A stretch of DNA of 64,000 bases from NCBI RefSeq assembly GCF_006345805.1, contig NC_043016.1, positions 10,168,001 through 10,232,000 on the forward strand, in the 5' to 3' direction. This document shows positions 1 to 12,982 of the stretch, piece after piece (position 1 is the stretch's first letter; each line of letters opens with the position of its first letter). This DNA is from Octopus sinensis. Taxonomy: Eukaryota. Both the position numbers and the translations under genes were made by a program. The notes under the pieces are model-generated. The model was not told where the DNA came from and ran no database searches. It saw only the letters and a list, made by a program, of their open reading frames with translations.

Positions 1-106
1 ATGTGTGTATGTGTGTTATACAAATATATGTATGTATACTTATATGTATATATCCATGTGTGTATACATATGTGTATGTGTGTGTGTGTTATAGTATGTA
101 TATATA

Positions 107-431
107 TACTCTTTTACTTGTTTCAGTCATTTGACTGCGGCCATGCTGGAGCACCGCCTTTAGTCGAGCAAATCGACCCCGGGACTTATTCTTTGTAAGC
201 CCAGTACTTATTCTATCGGTCTCTTTTGCCGAACCGCTAAGTGACAGGGACGTAAACACACCAGCATCGGTTGTCAAGCAATGCTAGGGGTACAAACACA
301 GACACACAAACACACACACACATATATATATATATATACATATATACGACAGGCTTCTTTCTTTCCGTCTACCAAATCCACTCACAAGGCATTTGTCGGC
401 CCGGGGCTATAGCAGAAGACACTTGCCCAAG
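107..431 (-). mobile_element. Family-A SINE (tRNA head, central microsatellite, ...gaaacaagtaaaagagta tail), 5'-truncated
   Basis: Matches more than 25 copies in this window. Confidence 0.85.
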
Positions 432-465
432 ACGTAATATATATAATATATATATATATATATAT

Positions 466-537
<72 letters not shown>

Positions 538-1110
538 TATATATATATGTACATATATATGTGTGTGTGTGGTGTGTGTGCTCTACACTATTAAGCTATA
601 AAGATATCGTTATTGCATGATATTAGTCGATTATATTTTTTTGTTTTGTTAATTTATGGCAATGTAACAATCTCAGAACATATCTAAATTTCTCACTAAA
701 AGAAAAAAAAAGACAACACGCACACACATGAGAAGCAATCTGCCCCCACCCCGTCGCTCGCCCACCACTCTCATTCACACCCCTTTTCTCATTCGCCCCC
801 TTCTCTCATTCATCACCCCCTCATTGCCCCTCCCCCCAAAACAAAAAAAAAACAACCAAAGACTAAAAAGAGAACAAAACAAGCTGCAACTATGCTGCTT
901 GGCTTAATCCAAATATTTAAACTCCCACCACCACCACAAAAAGAAAAAAAAAAAAGCAAGACACGTTGAGACATTGGTGAGTGTTTGAATGCAGGCAAGG
1001 ATTCTTACTGAACAGATCTATGGTAAAAGGAATTCTGGCCTCTGCTTGATTGAATTTTTGTTTAGTTTTGAAGCATAGGTGCAAGTAGGACTATGTCTTT
1101 TTCATCTTGT

Positions 1111-1550
1111 ATCTTTTACTAGTTCCAGTTGTTAAATTACGGCCATGCTGGGGCATCACCTTGAAGATTTTTGTTTTTAGTCAAATGAATCAACTCCATT
1201 ACTATTTTCGTTAAGCCTGGTACTTATTCTATCATTATCTTTTTGCCAAACTGCTAAGTTATGGTGATGTAAACACACCTTCACCAGTTGTCAAGCAGTG
1301 GTGGGGAACAAACACAGACACAAAGATACACACACACACACACATGTGCATACACACATGTACACACAAGCACACACACACACACACAACAGGCTTCTTG
1401 CAGTTTCCGTCTACCAAATCCACTCACAAGGCTTTGGTTGGTCTGAGGCTATAGTAGGAAACACACTTGTTTAAGATACCATACAGTGGGACTGAACCCA
1501 GAGCCATGTGGTTAGGAAGTAAGCTTCTTACAACACACCCACGTCTGTGC
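1111..1550 (-). mobile_element. Family-A SINE, older copy
   Basis: Colinear with the family, diverged. Confidence 0.75.
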
Positions 1551-1698
1551 CTATTGTCAACATTTTTGTTTTTAATTTGGTATATGTGTATTGTGTAGAA
1601 GATACAGCTGCTATTTCTTGGAATTGAAGTGACCATCTAAAAGGGCACTCTTTTAATTGAGGAGTTGTCTTCATACTTATAAGTTTATTATATATTAT

Positions 1699-2110
1699 AG
1701 GTGCAAGAGTGGCTGTGTGGTAGGTAGCTTGCTTACCAACCTCATGGTTCTGGGTTCAGTCCCACTGCGTGGCACCTTGGACAAGTGTCTTCTACTATAG
1801 CCTCGGGCCAACCAAAGCCTTGTGAGTGGATTTGGTAGACGGAAACTGAAAGAAGCCTGTCGTATATATGTATATATATATATGTGTGTGTATGTTTGTG
1901 TGTCTGTGTTTGTCCCCTTAACATTGCTTGACAACCGATGCTGGTGTGTTAAAGTGTCCCCGTTACTTAGCGGTTCGGTGAAAGAGACCGATAGAATAAG
2001 TACTGGGCTTACAAAGCATAAGTCCCGGGGTCGAGTTGCTCGACTAAAGGCAGTGCTCCAGCATGGCCGCAGTCAAATGACTGAAACAAGTAAAAGAGTA
2101 AAAGAGTATA
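1699..2110 (+). mobile_element. Family-A SINE, full length
   Basis: A-box tggctgtgtgg, B-box ggttcagtccc, gcaccttgg..aagtgtcttc core and tail. Confidence 0.9.
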
Positions 2111-2699
2111 CAGTTATATCTCAACTTAGGCTAGTAATTGGTTCCAAGACATGCAATTTAACTCGAAAAACAATATGACACAAGATACATTCAACCATTT
2201 AGCATTTAAACTGGCAATATTCCTCCAAAATTCTTTATCTGTTTTGTGGTCAAACCAACTAATTATTATCAAATCTTGAAGCTATAAGATTATGTGTGAT
2301 TAATTTCAAAGCATTTAACAGAATAATCTGAATGTTAATTAGTTAAAGAATTCATTAGCTTTTAGGTGTGGGTTTGGCTGTATTGTAAGAATTGGTATGG
2401 GTGTGGTTGTGTAGTAAGAAGCTTGCTTTGCCACCACATGGTTCTGAGTTCAGTCTTTCTGCATGGCACCTTGGGCTGTTGTGTCTTCTTTTGGTGTGTG
2501 GGTTTCAGTGGAATGGTAATTAAGTTTTTTAGTCTTGGTTGGTATTGAGAGGTGTTTTAGAGAAATTTACATTGATTAAATTTGGAGTTATGTTATTGTT
2601 TAGAATTTGTGTATTTAGGACTTGGGCCAACCAAAACTTCGAGAGGGGATTTGATAGATGGAAACTGAAAGAAGCCTGTCTATGAACCATGCTTCTACT

Positions 2700-3450
2700 C
2701 TTTCTCCTCGCACTCACTCCACCCATACCCATTTCCTGTTTCCTCTCACCTACCACCTCTTCACCCTACCCCTCCAATGCACCATTCTCTGAGCCTTCCA
2801 GTGACTCCAGTCTGACCCTCCACTTTACACATCTTCCCTATTCTATCCGTTCCCTCCGTCAAACGAGCCCATAACCTGTGTGACCTCCTGGTCCACAGTT
2901 TCTTCCCTACTCCCACCTGCCAGCCTGGTTCCTTTCCCTGCTCCTGCCCACACTGTCACACCTAACTCTACCTCTCCAATACCTATTTCTTTATTACCCA
3001 CAATGGGCTAAACACAGAGGGGACAAACAAGGACAGACATAGGTATTAAGTCGATTACATCGACCCCAGTGCGTAACTGGTACTTAATGTGTCGACCCCG
3101 AAAGGATGAAAGGTAAAGTCGACCTCGGCGGAATTTGAACTCACAATGTAACGGCAGACGAAATACCGCTAAGCATTTCGCCCGACGTGCTAACGTTTCT
3201 ACAAGCTCTCCAATACCACCATCCTCACAGGCACCCTTCACTGACTCCTTTACCTACACCTCTAGTAATGTTATTTACTGCATCTTCAGGTCTCCCTTTT
3301 CTTCCCGCTTGACTGACTGGTTCGCGGAATACCTCCAAGACAACAAACTCAGCAATGACAACCCGTTCTTGCACTACTTCCACTCTACTGGTCATTCACT
3401 ACAACATCTGTCTGTCTTCAGAATCTCTTTGTTCCTTTGCTCCGTATTGG
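2700..3450 (+). mobile_element. Degenerate Penelope-like element: Cys-rich linker and GIY-YIG endonuclease fragment, interrupted by a SINE
   Basis: Translates to KRAHNLCDLLVHS...PGSFPCSCPHCHT and FTDSFTYTSSNVIYCI...RLTDWFAEYLQD...HYFHSTGHS, typical of Penelope endonuclease regions. Confidence 0.7.
2980..3205 (-). mobile_element. Family-D SINE (Nin/Deu-domain-like core gcctttcatcctttcggggtcgataaattaagtaccag)
   Basis: Other copies at 3578-3790, 24922-25150 (-), 7685-7870 and 59012-59222 (+). The domain assignment is recalled, not searched. Confidence 0.75.
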
Positions 3451-4439
3451 CTCAACTCACCTCCTCTCTTCATCCGACACCAACCCCACATGGATTTCTC
3501 ACACACCTCCTACATTCAACTACCCCCTCCACCAACACACCTTCGAACCACCTACCTTGGTACCCTCACCATACACAAACCTATTTCTTTACTACCCACA
3601 AGGGGCTAAACAGAGACAGGACAAACAAGGACAGACAAATGCATTAAGTCAATTATATCGACCCCAGTGAGCAACTGGTACTTATTTAATCGACCCCGAA
3701 AGGATGAAAGGCAAAGTCGACTTCGGCGGAATTTGAACTCAGAACGTAGCGACATTTCGCCCGGCGTGCTAACGTTTCTGCCAGCTCGCCACCATACACA
3801 AACCACCATACAAACACCCATACATATTGTTCAACTCATTACTCACTTCACACACCATTACACCCACCCCAACAAACACTTTCCCACTCCCCACACATTG
3901 GCACCAACCACTTCTCAGCACCCACACCACACACCATTATCCACACACCCACACACAATCTTCAATAGTGTCACCACACATACCACTCTACGTGCATCCC
4001 CACACACTGTTTAACTCAGTACACACACCACACACCACACACCACCATGCACACTCCCACACTCCCACAAGCACAATACCTGAACTCAAACAATGTATAC
4101 ATACATGCATAAACGCATAAATTTTGCCCACAAGCATACACTATATACATGCACACTAATTGGTCTCACATACACACACACACAAACATACATGTACACT
4201 CACCATTTGAAAAAGTACACAGTAACTGCTACACACAACACACACATTACACATGCACACACACGCACATGTCAGACTCGCCCCCATTCACACATACATA
4301 CTCATACACACAATTCTCACATACACACACATATACTCATGTGCCTTAGTTTGTTGAGATCACCATTATTATCTTCCTTTCATTCAACCTCTTTTTTATT
4401 ATCATCTCCTTTTCATTCAACCTCTTTTTTTCCAGTCAT

Positions 4440-4682
4440 TGGTTGATGTAAATTACTTTTATCTACCATGCCTTTTGAACTTATGGAACTCTACACTATT
4501 TTTTCTCTCTCTGTTTTTTTCATTCATTCTCTCTTCATTTTTCTCTCTCTTATTCCTTCATGCTGAAGAGCGTGGGCTCAAAATGTAAAAGACTTTTCCA
4601 TTCTACCCAAGCATTAAACTAATGCACCTGCTTCTTGTTCCTACACCTGTATTTGTCTTTTGTTTTTTTGTAAATTTGAATT
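4440..4682 (+). mobile_element. Penelope-type terminal repeat (pLTR) relic with variant HHR-like motif
   Basis: Shares gaagagcgt(a/g)ggctc-aaatgt-aaagacttt and the downstream tail with 38990-39200, and lies 3' of the Penelope fragment. Confidence 0.5.
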
Positions 4683-4699
4683 ATATACATACATACATA

Positions 4700-5401
4700 C
4701 ATAAATGCTTAAATAGTCTTGACTATTAATTCTGCCATGAAGGAAAATCATTGGGCTGGTGGATTTCCAAGATATAGCCCCTCCCCCCAGATCATCACAG
4801 ATCCTCCTCCATGTTTAACAGTTGAAAGAAGGCAGTCTCAGTCAAATGCTTCTTTTGGCTGTCTCACATGTATACTTGGCCGGTGGTAAAGGATGAATTG
4901 TCTGAGAAAATAACATTCTTCCACAGCTGTGGGGACCAATTCTGTAGGTTTTTACTCCACTTGAAATATTTTGCAATGTTTGTTTTTGAAAGTAGTGGTT
5001 TTTTTTATTGCAGCCCTCCCATGAAATTTGGCTTTGTGCAGCTTCTGGCAAACAGTTTTTGTGGAAACTGAGTTCTCAAGGTGGTCATTAAGTTCTGCAG
5101 TAATTTTGGGAGCTGTATTTTGTGATCCTTTCTAACAATTTGTGTAAGAGTCCAACGATCCCTATCTGAAAGTCCGATAGATCTGTCATTTTAATGAATT
5201 TTAATTACCTTCTTCTGATGATATCTGAAAAGAAACAGCAATTTTAGCAAAACATATTAAGCAACACTATTATAATAAATCAAAAAGCATAAAAATAAAT
5301 AAAAAAAACATAAAAATAAACAAGCTTTTGACAGTTTTATAGATATTTCAAAATTATGATTCTATGATGCTAGATGTTTCCATTATTTTGACCAACCCCT
5401 G
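4700..5401 (-). mobile_element. Truncated Tc1-like DNA transposon (5' TIR plus transposase relic)
   Basis: Minus strand gives KPLLSKTNIAK...WKNVIFSDNSSF...TVKHGGGSVMIWG...FLHGRINSQDY with frameshifts. TIR-like CAGGGGTTGGTCAAAATAATGG starts at 5401. Confidence 0.85.
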
Positions 5402-5647
5402 AATATACATACATATTTATGTGTGTGTATGTATATACACCCACACACTCACACATACACACGCACGCACACACACACACACATGCACACACACACAGGT
5501 TATGAGAGGTAATGGTGTCATTGAGACCCAAAGATGTCAGGAAATGCTGAATAAGTGCTATAGATAGATCATAGTTAAGTTCCAGGTTCAGTGATTATGC
5601 AAATAAGGGGTTCAACATTGGTCATATGTCAGTGTGTGTATATAGAA

Positions 5648-6344
5648 ATTTTTTTTTTGTAATGAGATAAAAAAAACCAAGGCTGTGTAGATTTTAGAAC
5701 ATTTATAGATAGAACGTCTTACAGTTGTTTCCAGGATATTTATTATATCCCTTCATCGGAGATGGTGTGAGAGGATGGTTAAGTAATAGTTAATTTAGAT
5801 AAGATATGAAATAGAGAGTGAGGTGGAGGAAAGAAAATAGATGTTTGATATGTAGGGATATTGTATTTGTAGATCCATTTTTTTTTAGGCAGAATGGTAT
5901 ACATATAAAATTCTAATACCTAATGAGTAAAATCCAATAGTATTTAAAATTGGTCATTCCAAGTATAGAGTTTATACAGTATTATTGAATCAAGAACCCT
6001 TGATTTAATAACACTGTATAAACTCTATACTTGGAATGACCAATTTTAAATATTATTGGATTTTACTCATTAGGTATTAGAATTTTATATGTATACCATT
6101 CTGCCTAAAAAAAAATGGATCTACAAATACAATATCCCTACATATCACACATCTATTTTCTTTCCTCCACCTCACTCTCTATTTCATATCTTATCTAAAT
6201 TAACTATTATTTAACCATCCTCTCACACCATCTCCGATGAAGGGATACAATAAATATCCTGGAAACAACTGTAAGACATTCTATCTATAAATGTTCTAAA
6301 ATCTACACAGCCTTGGTTTTTTTATCTCATTACAAAAAAAAAAT
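5648..6344. repeat. 697-bp near-perfect palindrome with outward-facing poly(A) ends and an HHR-like motif in each arm
   Basis: 5648-5994 is the reverse complement of 5999-6344, with a 4-nt loop aacc. Confidence 0.95.
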
Positions 6345-6377
6345 AATACATACATATATATAATATGTGTTGGTGTG

Positions 6378-6420
<43 letters not shown>

Positions 6421-6439
6421 TATCTTATATATATATAAT

Positions 6440-6474
<35 letters not shown>

Positions 6475-6974
6475 CGTTTAAATATTTGTGTGCAAGATTT
6501 TATTGGCTAAACTGGCAATATGACCATTCTGAAATATAACAATATAATTATATATATATATATATATACACATACATATGTATTTATATGTAATGTATTT
6601 ATGTGTCTATGTTTGTACCCCTACCATCACTTGACAACTGATGTTGGCATGTTTATGTTCCTGTAACTTAACAGTTTAGCAATAGAGACTGATAAAATAA
6701 ATACTAGGCTAGGCCTACAAAGAATAAGTCATGTGGTTGATTTCTTTGACTAAAAAAAGGAAGACCTTTAAGGCAGTGCTCCAGCATGGCTGCAGTCAAA
6801 AATGATTGAAACAAATAAGAGAATAAAAGAATAGTATTTCAATATATTGACCTTGGAAGGGTGAACAACAAAGTTAGCCTTGGCAGGATTTGAAACCCAG
6901 AACATAAAATGTCAAACCATAAGTAGCAAGGCATTTTGTTTGATATTTTTACCGATTCTACCACTTTACTCTCT

Positions 6975-7620
6975 TTTATTCTCTTTTACTTGTTTCAGTC
7001 ATTTGACTGTGGCCATGCTGGAGCTGGAGCACCGTCTTTAGTCGAGCAAATCAACCCCAAGACTTATTCTTTGTAAGCCTAGTACTTATTCTATCGCTCA
7101 CTTTTGCTGAACCGTTAAGTACAGGGACATAAACACACCAGCATCGGTTGTCAAGCGATGTTTGGGGGGACAAACACAGACACACAAATATATATATATT
7201 ACTCTTTTCTTTTACTTGTTTCAGTCATTTGACTGCGGCCATGCTGGAGCACCGCCTTCAATCGAGCAACTCGACCCCGGGACTTATTCTTTGTAAGCCC
7301 AGTACTTATTCTATTGGTCTCTTTTGCCGAACCGCTAAGTGACGGGGACGTAAACACACCAGCATCGGTTGTCAAGCGATGTTGGGGGGACAAACACAGA
7401 CACACAAATATATACACACACACGTACATACATATATATATATATACACATATATATATACGATGGGCTTCTTTCAGTTTCCATCTACCAAATCCACTCA
7501 CAAGGCTTTGGTCGGCCTGAGGCTATAGTAGAAGACACTTGCCCAAGGTGCCATGCAGTGGGGCTGAACCTGGAACCATGTGGTTCGTAAGTAAGCTACT
7601 TACCACACAGCCACACCTAT
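6975..7620 (-). mobile_element. Family-A SINE, full copy (7201-7620) plus adjacent 3' half (6975-7200)
   Basis: Duplicated 3' portion in tandem. Confidence 0.85.
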
Positions 7621-8183
7621 GTCTATGTAACATTTACAATAAGGGTAAGTGGTGAGTTGGCAGAAATCTTAGGACATTGGTCAAAATGCTTATCAACATT
7701 TTATCCAGTTTCACATTCTGAGTTCAAATTCTGCCGAGCTCAACTTTGCTTTTTATCCTTTAAGGGGTGGGGGTCGATGGAATAAAAAAACAGTTGAACA
7801 CCGAGGTCGGTGTAATTGATTTACTTGCTACCCTGAAATTGCTGACCCTGTGCCAAAATTTGAAACCAATATTTGCAATAATGGTGATTATAAAGTGAGT
7901 GTATGTTGTAATAAGAGAAGATAATTTTTAAAAAATTAAAAAAGAAGCAATGGTTGAGGAGAAACTGAAAAAAAAAATGGGAAGAAAGTCATAACTCTCT
8001 CTTTCTCTTTGTCTTACTATCTCTCTCTCTCACACTCTTTCTCTACGTCACTCTATGTCAGTCTCCCTCTGTCACCCCCTTTCTATCTGTCTGTCCCTCC
8101 CTGTGTGTGTGTGTGTCTCTCTCTCTCTGTCTCTATTTTTCTCCCTTTTTGACCGTCTGTCTCTGTCTCTCTCTGTCTTTGTC

Positions 8184-8221
<38 letters not shown>

Positions 8222-8898
8222 AGTCAATCACCCTCGACAAGGTTTAAAAAATGTAATACTATAACCTTCATATTGGACAAAAGGCTTTGCTATCTTCGGC
8301 TACATTCCTCTAAAATTTAGAGTCTAAATTTTCATTTCCTGAGCTCAAGTCTCACACAAGCTCACTTTCTTGTTGTGGGATTTAAAAATAGTAATTTTCT
8401 AATTTATAGATCAGTGACTAGTTGTCACTTTGAAAACTATATATTCCGAACAGGAATTTGGCAGCGCCACCTCTAGCCGAACAATTATTCTATACTGATG
8501 AAAGGAAATAACCCAGAAATTGCATTACACAGATATCATTTTGAGCTGAGTGGGGGTGCTAGATTCCCTTGTTCGAAAATATAAGGACACAGATCGTGTC
8601 GTATAGCCAGCTGGAGACGATGTCTCCGGGGGCTAAATTACAGCAACATTCATCCTAAACCAGGACTGCCATGTTATGTTGGCAAACAATCTTTACTCCA
8701 AGTTCACCTTCATTTTACAGAAGCAAGAATTTGAGTTTGAGTGTGTGTGTGTGAGAAAGAGAGTGGAGTGTCCCTAAAACAAAAGTACTAATCTAACCAT
8801 GACCCTAACCATCTCGTAAAATTCTTGGCTGTGTACCAATGTTATAAATCATTTGTTGTATTCTATTTACAAGTATGGCATTTTAATTTTTCTTGCAG

Positions 8899-9069
8899 CC
8901 TGAAATCATAAGCAGTTTGATAGTTGTCGATGTCGCTCCGTCTGTGAGTCCGTCAGTCGATGTGTTTCCATACTACGCTTCGGCAATGAAAAGCGTCTCG
9001 ATAGACCCGGCTATGAATATTGTCCAAGCTCGTAAAAGCGTGAGCGAACAGTTACAACCTGTCCTAAAA
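8899..9069 (+). CDS. ABHD11: Internal coding exon of ABHD11-like alpha/beta hydrolase (PEIISSLIVVDVAPSVSPSVDVFPYYASAMKSVSIDPAMNIVQARKSVSEQLQPVLK)
   Basis: Acceptor ttttcttgcag, donor gtaagt, 171 nt, phase 0/0. The peptide resembles the vertebrate ABHD11 segment PELVERLIAVDISP...ARKLADEQLSSVIQ (recalled, not searched). Confidence 0.9.
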
Positions 9070-9156
9070 GTAAGTATGAATCACGATAATGTTGTTGCTG
9101 TTATTGTTTCTCTGTCTCAGGTACATCGTTTCTCTCTTCAGTTTCTCTCTCTCTCT

Positions 9157-9381
9157 TTTACTCTTTTTACTCTTTTACATGTTTCAGTCATTTGACTGCG
9201 GCCATGCTGGAGCACCGCCTTTAGTCGAGCAACTCGACCCTGGGACTTATTCTTTTTGTAAGCCCAGTACTTATCCTATCGGTCTCTTTTGCCGAACCGC
9301 TAAGTAACGGGGGCATAAACACACCAGCATCGGTTGTCAAGCAATGCTAGGGGGACAAACACAGACACACAAACACACACA

Positions 9382-9425
<44 letters not shown>

Positions 9426-9590
9426 TACGACGGGCTTCTTTGAGTTTCCGTATACCAAATCCACTCACAAGGCTTTGGTCGGCCCGAGGCTATAGTAGAA
9501 GACACTTGCCCAAGGTGCCGCGCAGTGGGACTGAACCCGGAACCGTGTGGTTGGTAAACAAGCTACTTACCACACAGCCACTCCTGCGCT
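9157..9590 (-). mobile_element. Family-A SINE, full length
   Basis: Colinear with the family. Confidence 0.9.
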
Positions 9591-9835
9591 TATATTCTTT
9601 ATTCTGTTATTCTTTTATTCCGAGAGCTTCTTTTCTTGAACTACTTCTTTTCAACCTCATCACCGTTGTTTTGTTTTCTTGTGGTCTATGATATTTAGCC
9701 CTTTAAGATTTCTGTCAATTGACATCTTATTAATTTGTCGGATCCTTTCTTTGCCTTCTTTGTAGTCCCTTTCACTATAGTAGGCTCAAGTCTTGTTTGG
9801 AACAAAATTGTGTGTGTGTGTATATATATATAAAT

Positions 9836-10222
9836 GTGGAGGTGCAATGGCCCAGTGGTTAGGGCAGCGGACTTGTGGTCATAGGATCGCGGTTTCGATT
9901 CCCAGACCGGGCGTTGTGAGTGTTTATTGAGCGAAAACACCTAAAAGCTCCACGAGGCTCCGGCAGGGGATGGTGGTGATCCCTGCTGTACTCTTTCACC
10001 ACAACTTTCTCTCACTCTTACTTCCTGTTTCTGTTGTACCTGTATTTCAAAGGCCGGCCTTGTCACTCTCTGTGTCACGCTGAATATCCCCGAGAACTAC
10101 GTTAAGGGTACACGTGTCTGTGGAGTGCTCAGCCACTTACACGTTAATTTCACGAGCAGGCTGTTCCGTTGATGATCAGATCAACCGGAACCCTCATCGT
10201 CGTAACTGACGGAGTGCTTCCA
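9836..10222 (+). mobile_element. Family-C tRNA-derived SINE
   Basis: A-box tggcccagtgg and B-box ggtttcgattccc. Related heads at 20637-20945 (+), 60162-60465 (+), 13580-13730 (+) and 26000-26280 (-). Confidence 0.85.
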
Positions 10223-10431
10223 TACATAAATGTGTGTGTGTGTGTGTGTTAAAATAACATAACAAGACTAAAGCATTTTATTTTATTTCACATATACATA
10301 CTCTCACATGACCTGCCTTAGACTCCTCACTCATGTTATTATTGAATTGGGAGTTTAACACCGCTCTTTCCATAGCACTCACATAGCCTTGCCTACCTTT
10401 TGATTCTTCTGGATACCAAAACATCATATAT

Positions 10432-10836
10432 ACTCTTTTACTCTTTTACTTGTTTCAATCATTTGACTGCGGCCATGCTGGAGCACCGCCTTTAGTCAAG
10501 CAAATCAAACCCAGGACTTATTCTTTGTAAGCCCAGTACTTATTCTATCGGTCTCTTTTGCCGAACCGCTAAGTGACAGGGACATAAACACACCAGCATT
10601 GGTTGTCAAGCAATGCTAGGGGGACAAACACAAACACACAAACACACATACATACATACATATACATATATACGACAGGCTTCTTTCAGTTTCCGTCTAC
10701 CAAATCCACTCACAAGGCATTGGTCGGCCCGGGACTATAGCAGAAGACACTTGCCCAAGGTGCCACGCAGTGGGACTGAACCCGGAACCATGTGGTTGGT
10801 TAGCAAGCTACTTACAACACAGCCACTCCTGCGCCT
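10432..10836 (-). mobile_element. Family-A SINE, full length
   Basis: Colinear with the family. Confidence 0.9.
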
Positions 10837-11095
10837 ATATATATATATATATATATATAAAATACAAAATGGGACAAGAACGCAAAGCATCCATTATTAT
10901 TATCTTTGCAATTTTGGCTGGTTATACTTGAGATTGCCAGGAGGAGGTCAGAACTGACATTTCAGAGTTCTCCACTTTGAAACCAAATGAGTTTTACATT
11001 GATGGGATTAAAAAGCTTGTAAATAGATGGAAGGAAGTCATAGATAATCAGGGAAAGTACATTGATGATTAAATTTCAATTAAATGTAACATTTT

Positions 11096-11550
11096 ACGTG
11101 CCGGTGGCACATAAAAAGCACCATCCGTTCGTGGCCGTTTGCCAGACTCGTCTGGCACCACCATCCGTTCGTGGCCGTTTGCCAGACTCGTCTGGCACCA
11201 CCACCCATTCGTGGCCGTTGCCAGCGCCGCCCCGACTGGCCTCGTGCCGGTGGCACGTAAAAAGCACCATCCGTTCATGGCCGTTGCCAGCCTCGCCTGG
11301 CCCCCATGCCGGTGGCACATAAAAAGCACCATCCGATCATGGTCGTTTGCCAGACTCGTCTGGCACGTAAAAAGCACCCACTACACTCATGGAGTGGTTG
11401 GCGTTAGGAAGGGCATCCAGCTGTAGAAACATTGCCAGATAAGACTGGAGCCTGGTGCAGCCTTCTGGCTTCCCAGATCCCCGGTCGAACCGTCCAACCC
11501 ATGCTAGCATGGAGAACGGACGTTAAACAATGATGATGATGATGATGATT
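11096..11550 (+). mobile_element. Family-B SINE-like repeat with internal tandem gtgcc..ggcac-aaaaagcacc subrepeats and (GAT)n tail
   Basis: Conserved ggttggcgttaggaagggcatccagctgtagaaac block. Further copies at about 13755-14085, 20957-21270, 24021-24345, 25715-25995, 26770-27080, 30996-31201, 34570-34912 and 45849-46170 (all -), and 33270-33683 (+). Confidence 0.85.
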
Positions 11551-12111
11551 TGATCACTTGTTTTCTTTATTCAAAATTCTGACAGAACTTATGGGATTAC
11601 CTGATATATTGAGGTCTTTTGAACTTTTAACTGTATTTGAAACTAACTGTTGTTCAGTACTATCTCTTAGTTTAATCTTTACACCTCCAGCTGTATATTC
11701 TTTATTGAATCCATTTCTATTCTATTTCATTTTTTTATATGAATTTTTAGGCACGTCTAAAATTTTTTGTTTTCATATATAATTACGTTACTTCCTCTCC
11801 TATCCTTTTATGTCTTTTATTAACATTAAGTATTGTCAATTCCAGAACCTTAATTGATATAAAAAATTGATATTTATATTTAGTGTTAATGACTATACCA
11901 AGCTAATTTTATCTAGTATTGGTCTTCCATATATTGCATGTTTAAATGGTAAATTATGTATGTATGCATAGAATTGAGGCATTGGTGGAACCATGATTTT
12001 CTAGTGATCTGATGAGCAAGCTTCCTTTATCTGTACCAATTTGTAAATAAATAGTTGTATAATGCATATCAGGCATATTAGTGCAAACATAGAGCATAAT
12101 TTATTGTAGGC

Positions 12112-12556
12112 ACAGGACAGGCTGTGTGGTAAGAAGCTTGCTTCCCAACACATGGTTCTGGGTTCAGTCCCACTGTGAGGTATCTTGGATAGGTGTCTTC
12201 TTCTATAGCTTCAGGTCGACCAAAGCCTTGTGAGTGCATTTTGTAGACGGAAAAATGAAAGAAGTTCATCGTATATATATAATATATTATATATTATATA
12301 TATATATTATATTATATATATTATATATATATATATATATATATGTATGTTTGTAATTTGTGTGTCTGTATCTGTCCACCACTATCACTTGACAACGATG
12401 TTGGTATGTTTATCCCTGTAACTTAGTGACTCGGCAAAAGGGACTGATAGAATAAGTACTAGGCTTACAAAGAATAAGTCCTGGGGTCAATTTCTTCAAC
12501 TAAAGGCAGTGCTCCAGCATGGCTACAGTCAAATAACTGAAACAAATAAAAGAGTG
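12112..12556 (+). mobile_element. Family-A SINE, diverged
   Basis: Head, core and tail recognisable. Confidence 0.8.
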
Positions 12557-12936
12557 AAATTATTATTACATGATGTAGGCTGTGAAACAGCTGTAATCCT
12601 AAGGATGACACATGGTTAAATAAATATATTCACCTCTCATATCACCTGACTTTATATGGTTTATACACACACACACACACGCCCCCCCACACACACACAC
12701 GCATGCTATATACATACACAGTATATGCCAAAAAATGGCTGCAGTTATAGCTGAGTAGTTAAGAAGTTTGTTTTGTAATCATGATATCCTTTTGATCTCA
12801 CCGTGTGATATCTTAGGCAAGTTAACCGCTGGTAGGATTGTGTTTAATATGTAAAATTTGTATATACGATTGTGTAGCATTGCTAAACTCAGTGTCTATT
12901 TAAGTAATATGTTCATGGATGATTAATGGATTGGAT

Positions 12937-12982
12937 GTGTTACTGATGAGGGAGCAATAAATTCCGAAATGTGTATATACAC
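12937..12982 (+). ncRNA. Decayed minimal type I hammerhead ribozyme motif
   Basis: GTGTTA-CTGATGA-GGGA(gcaataaa)TTCC-GAAA-TGTG-TA-TATACAC. Confidence 0.55.

Noticed and set aside
930-985. Strong donor-like cattg|gtgagt after an A-rich unique stretch
   Set aside because: No acceptor, ORF or promoter evidence to define an exon.
5215-5240. Isolated CTGATGA/CTGACGA heptamers (5215, 12009, 53269, 60698 minus)
   Set aside because: No stem II or no downstream GAAA with compatible stems; expected by chance.
9843-9915. tRNA-like sequences at SINE heads (also 20643, 27239, 60168)
   Set aside because: No complete cloverleaf, and each continues into a SINE body.
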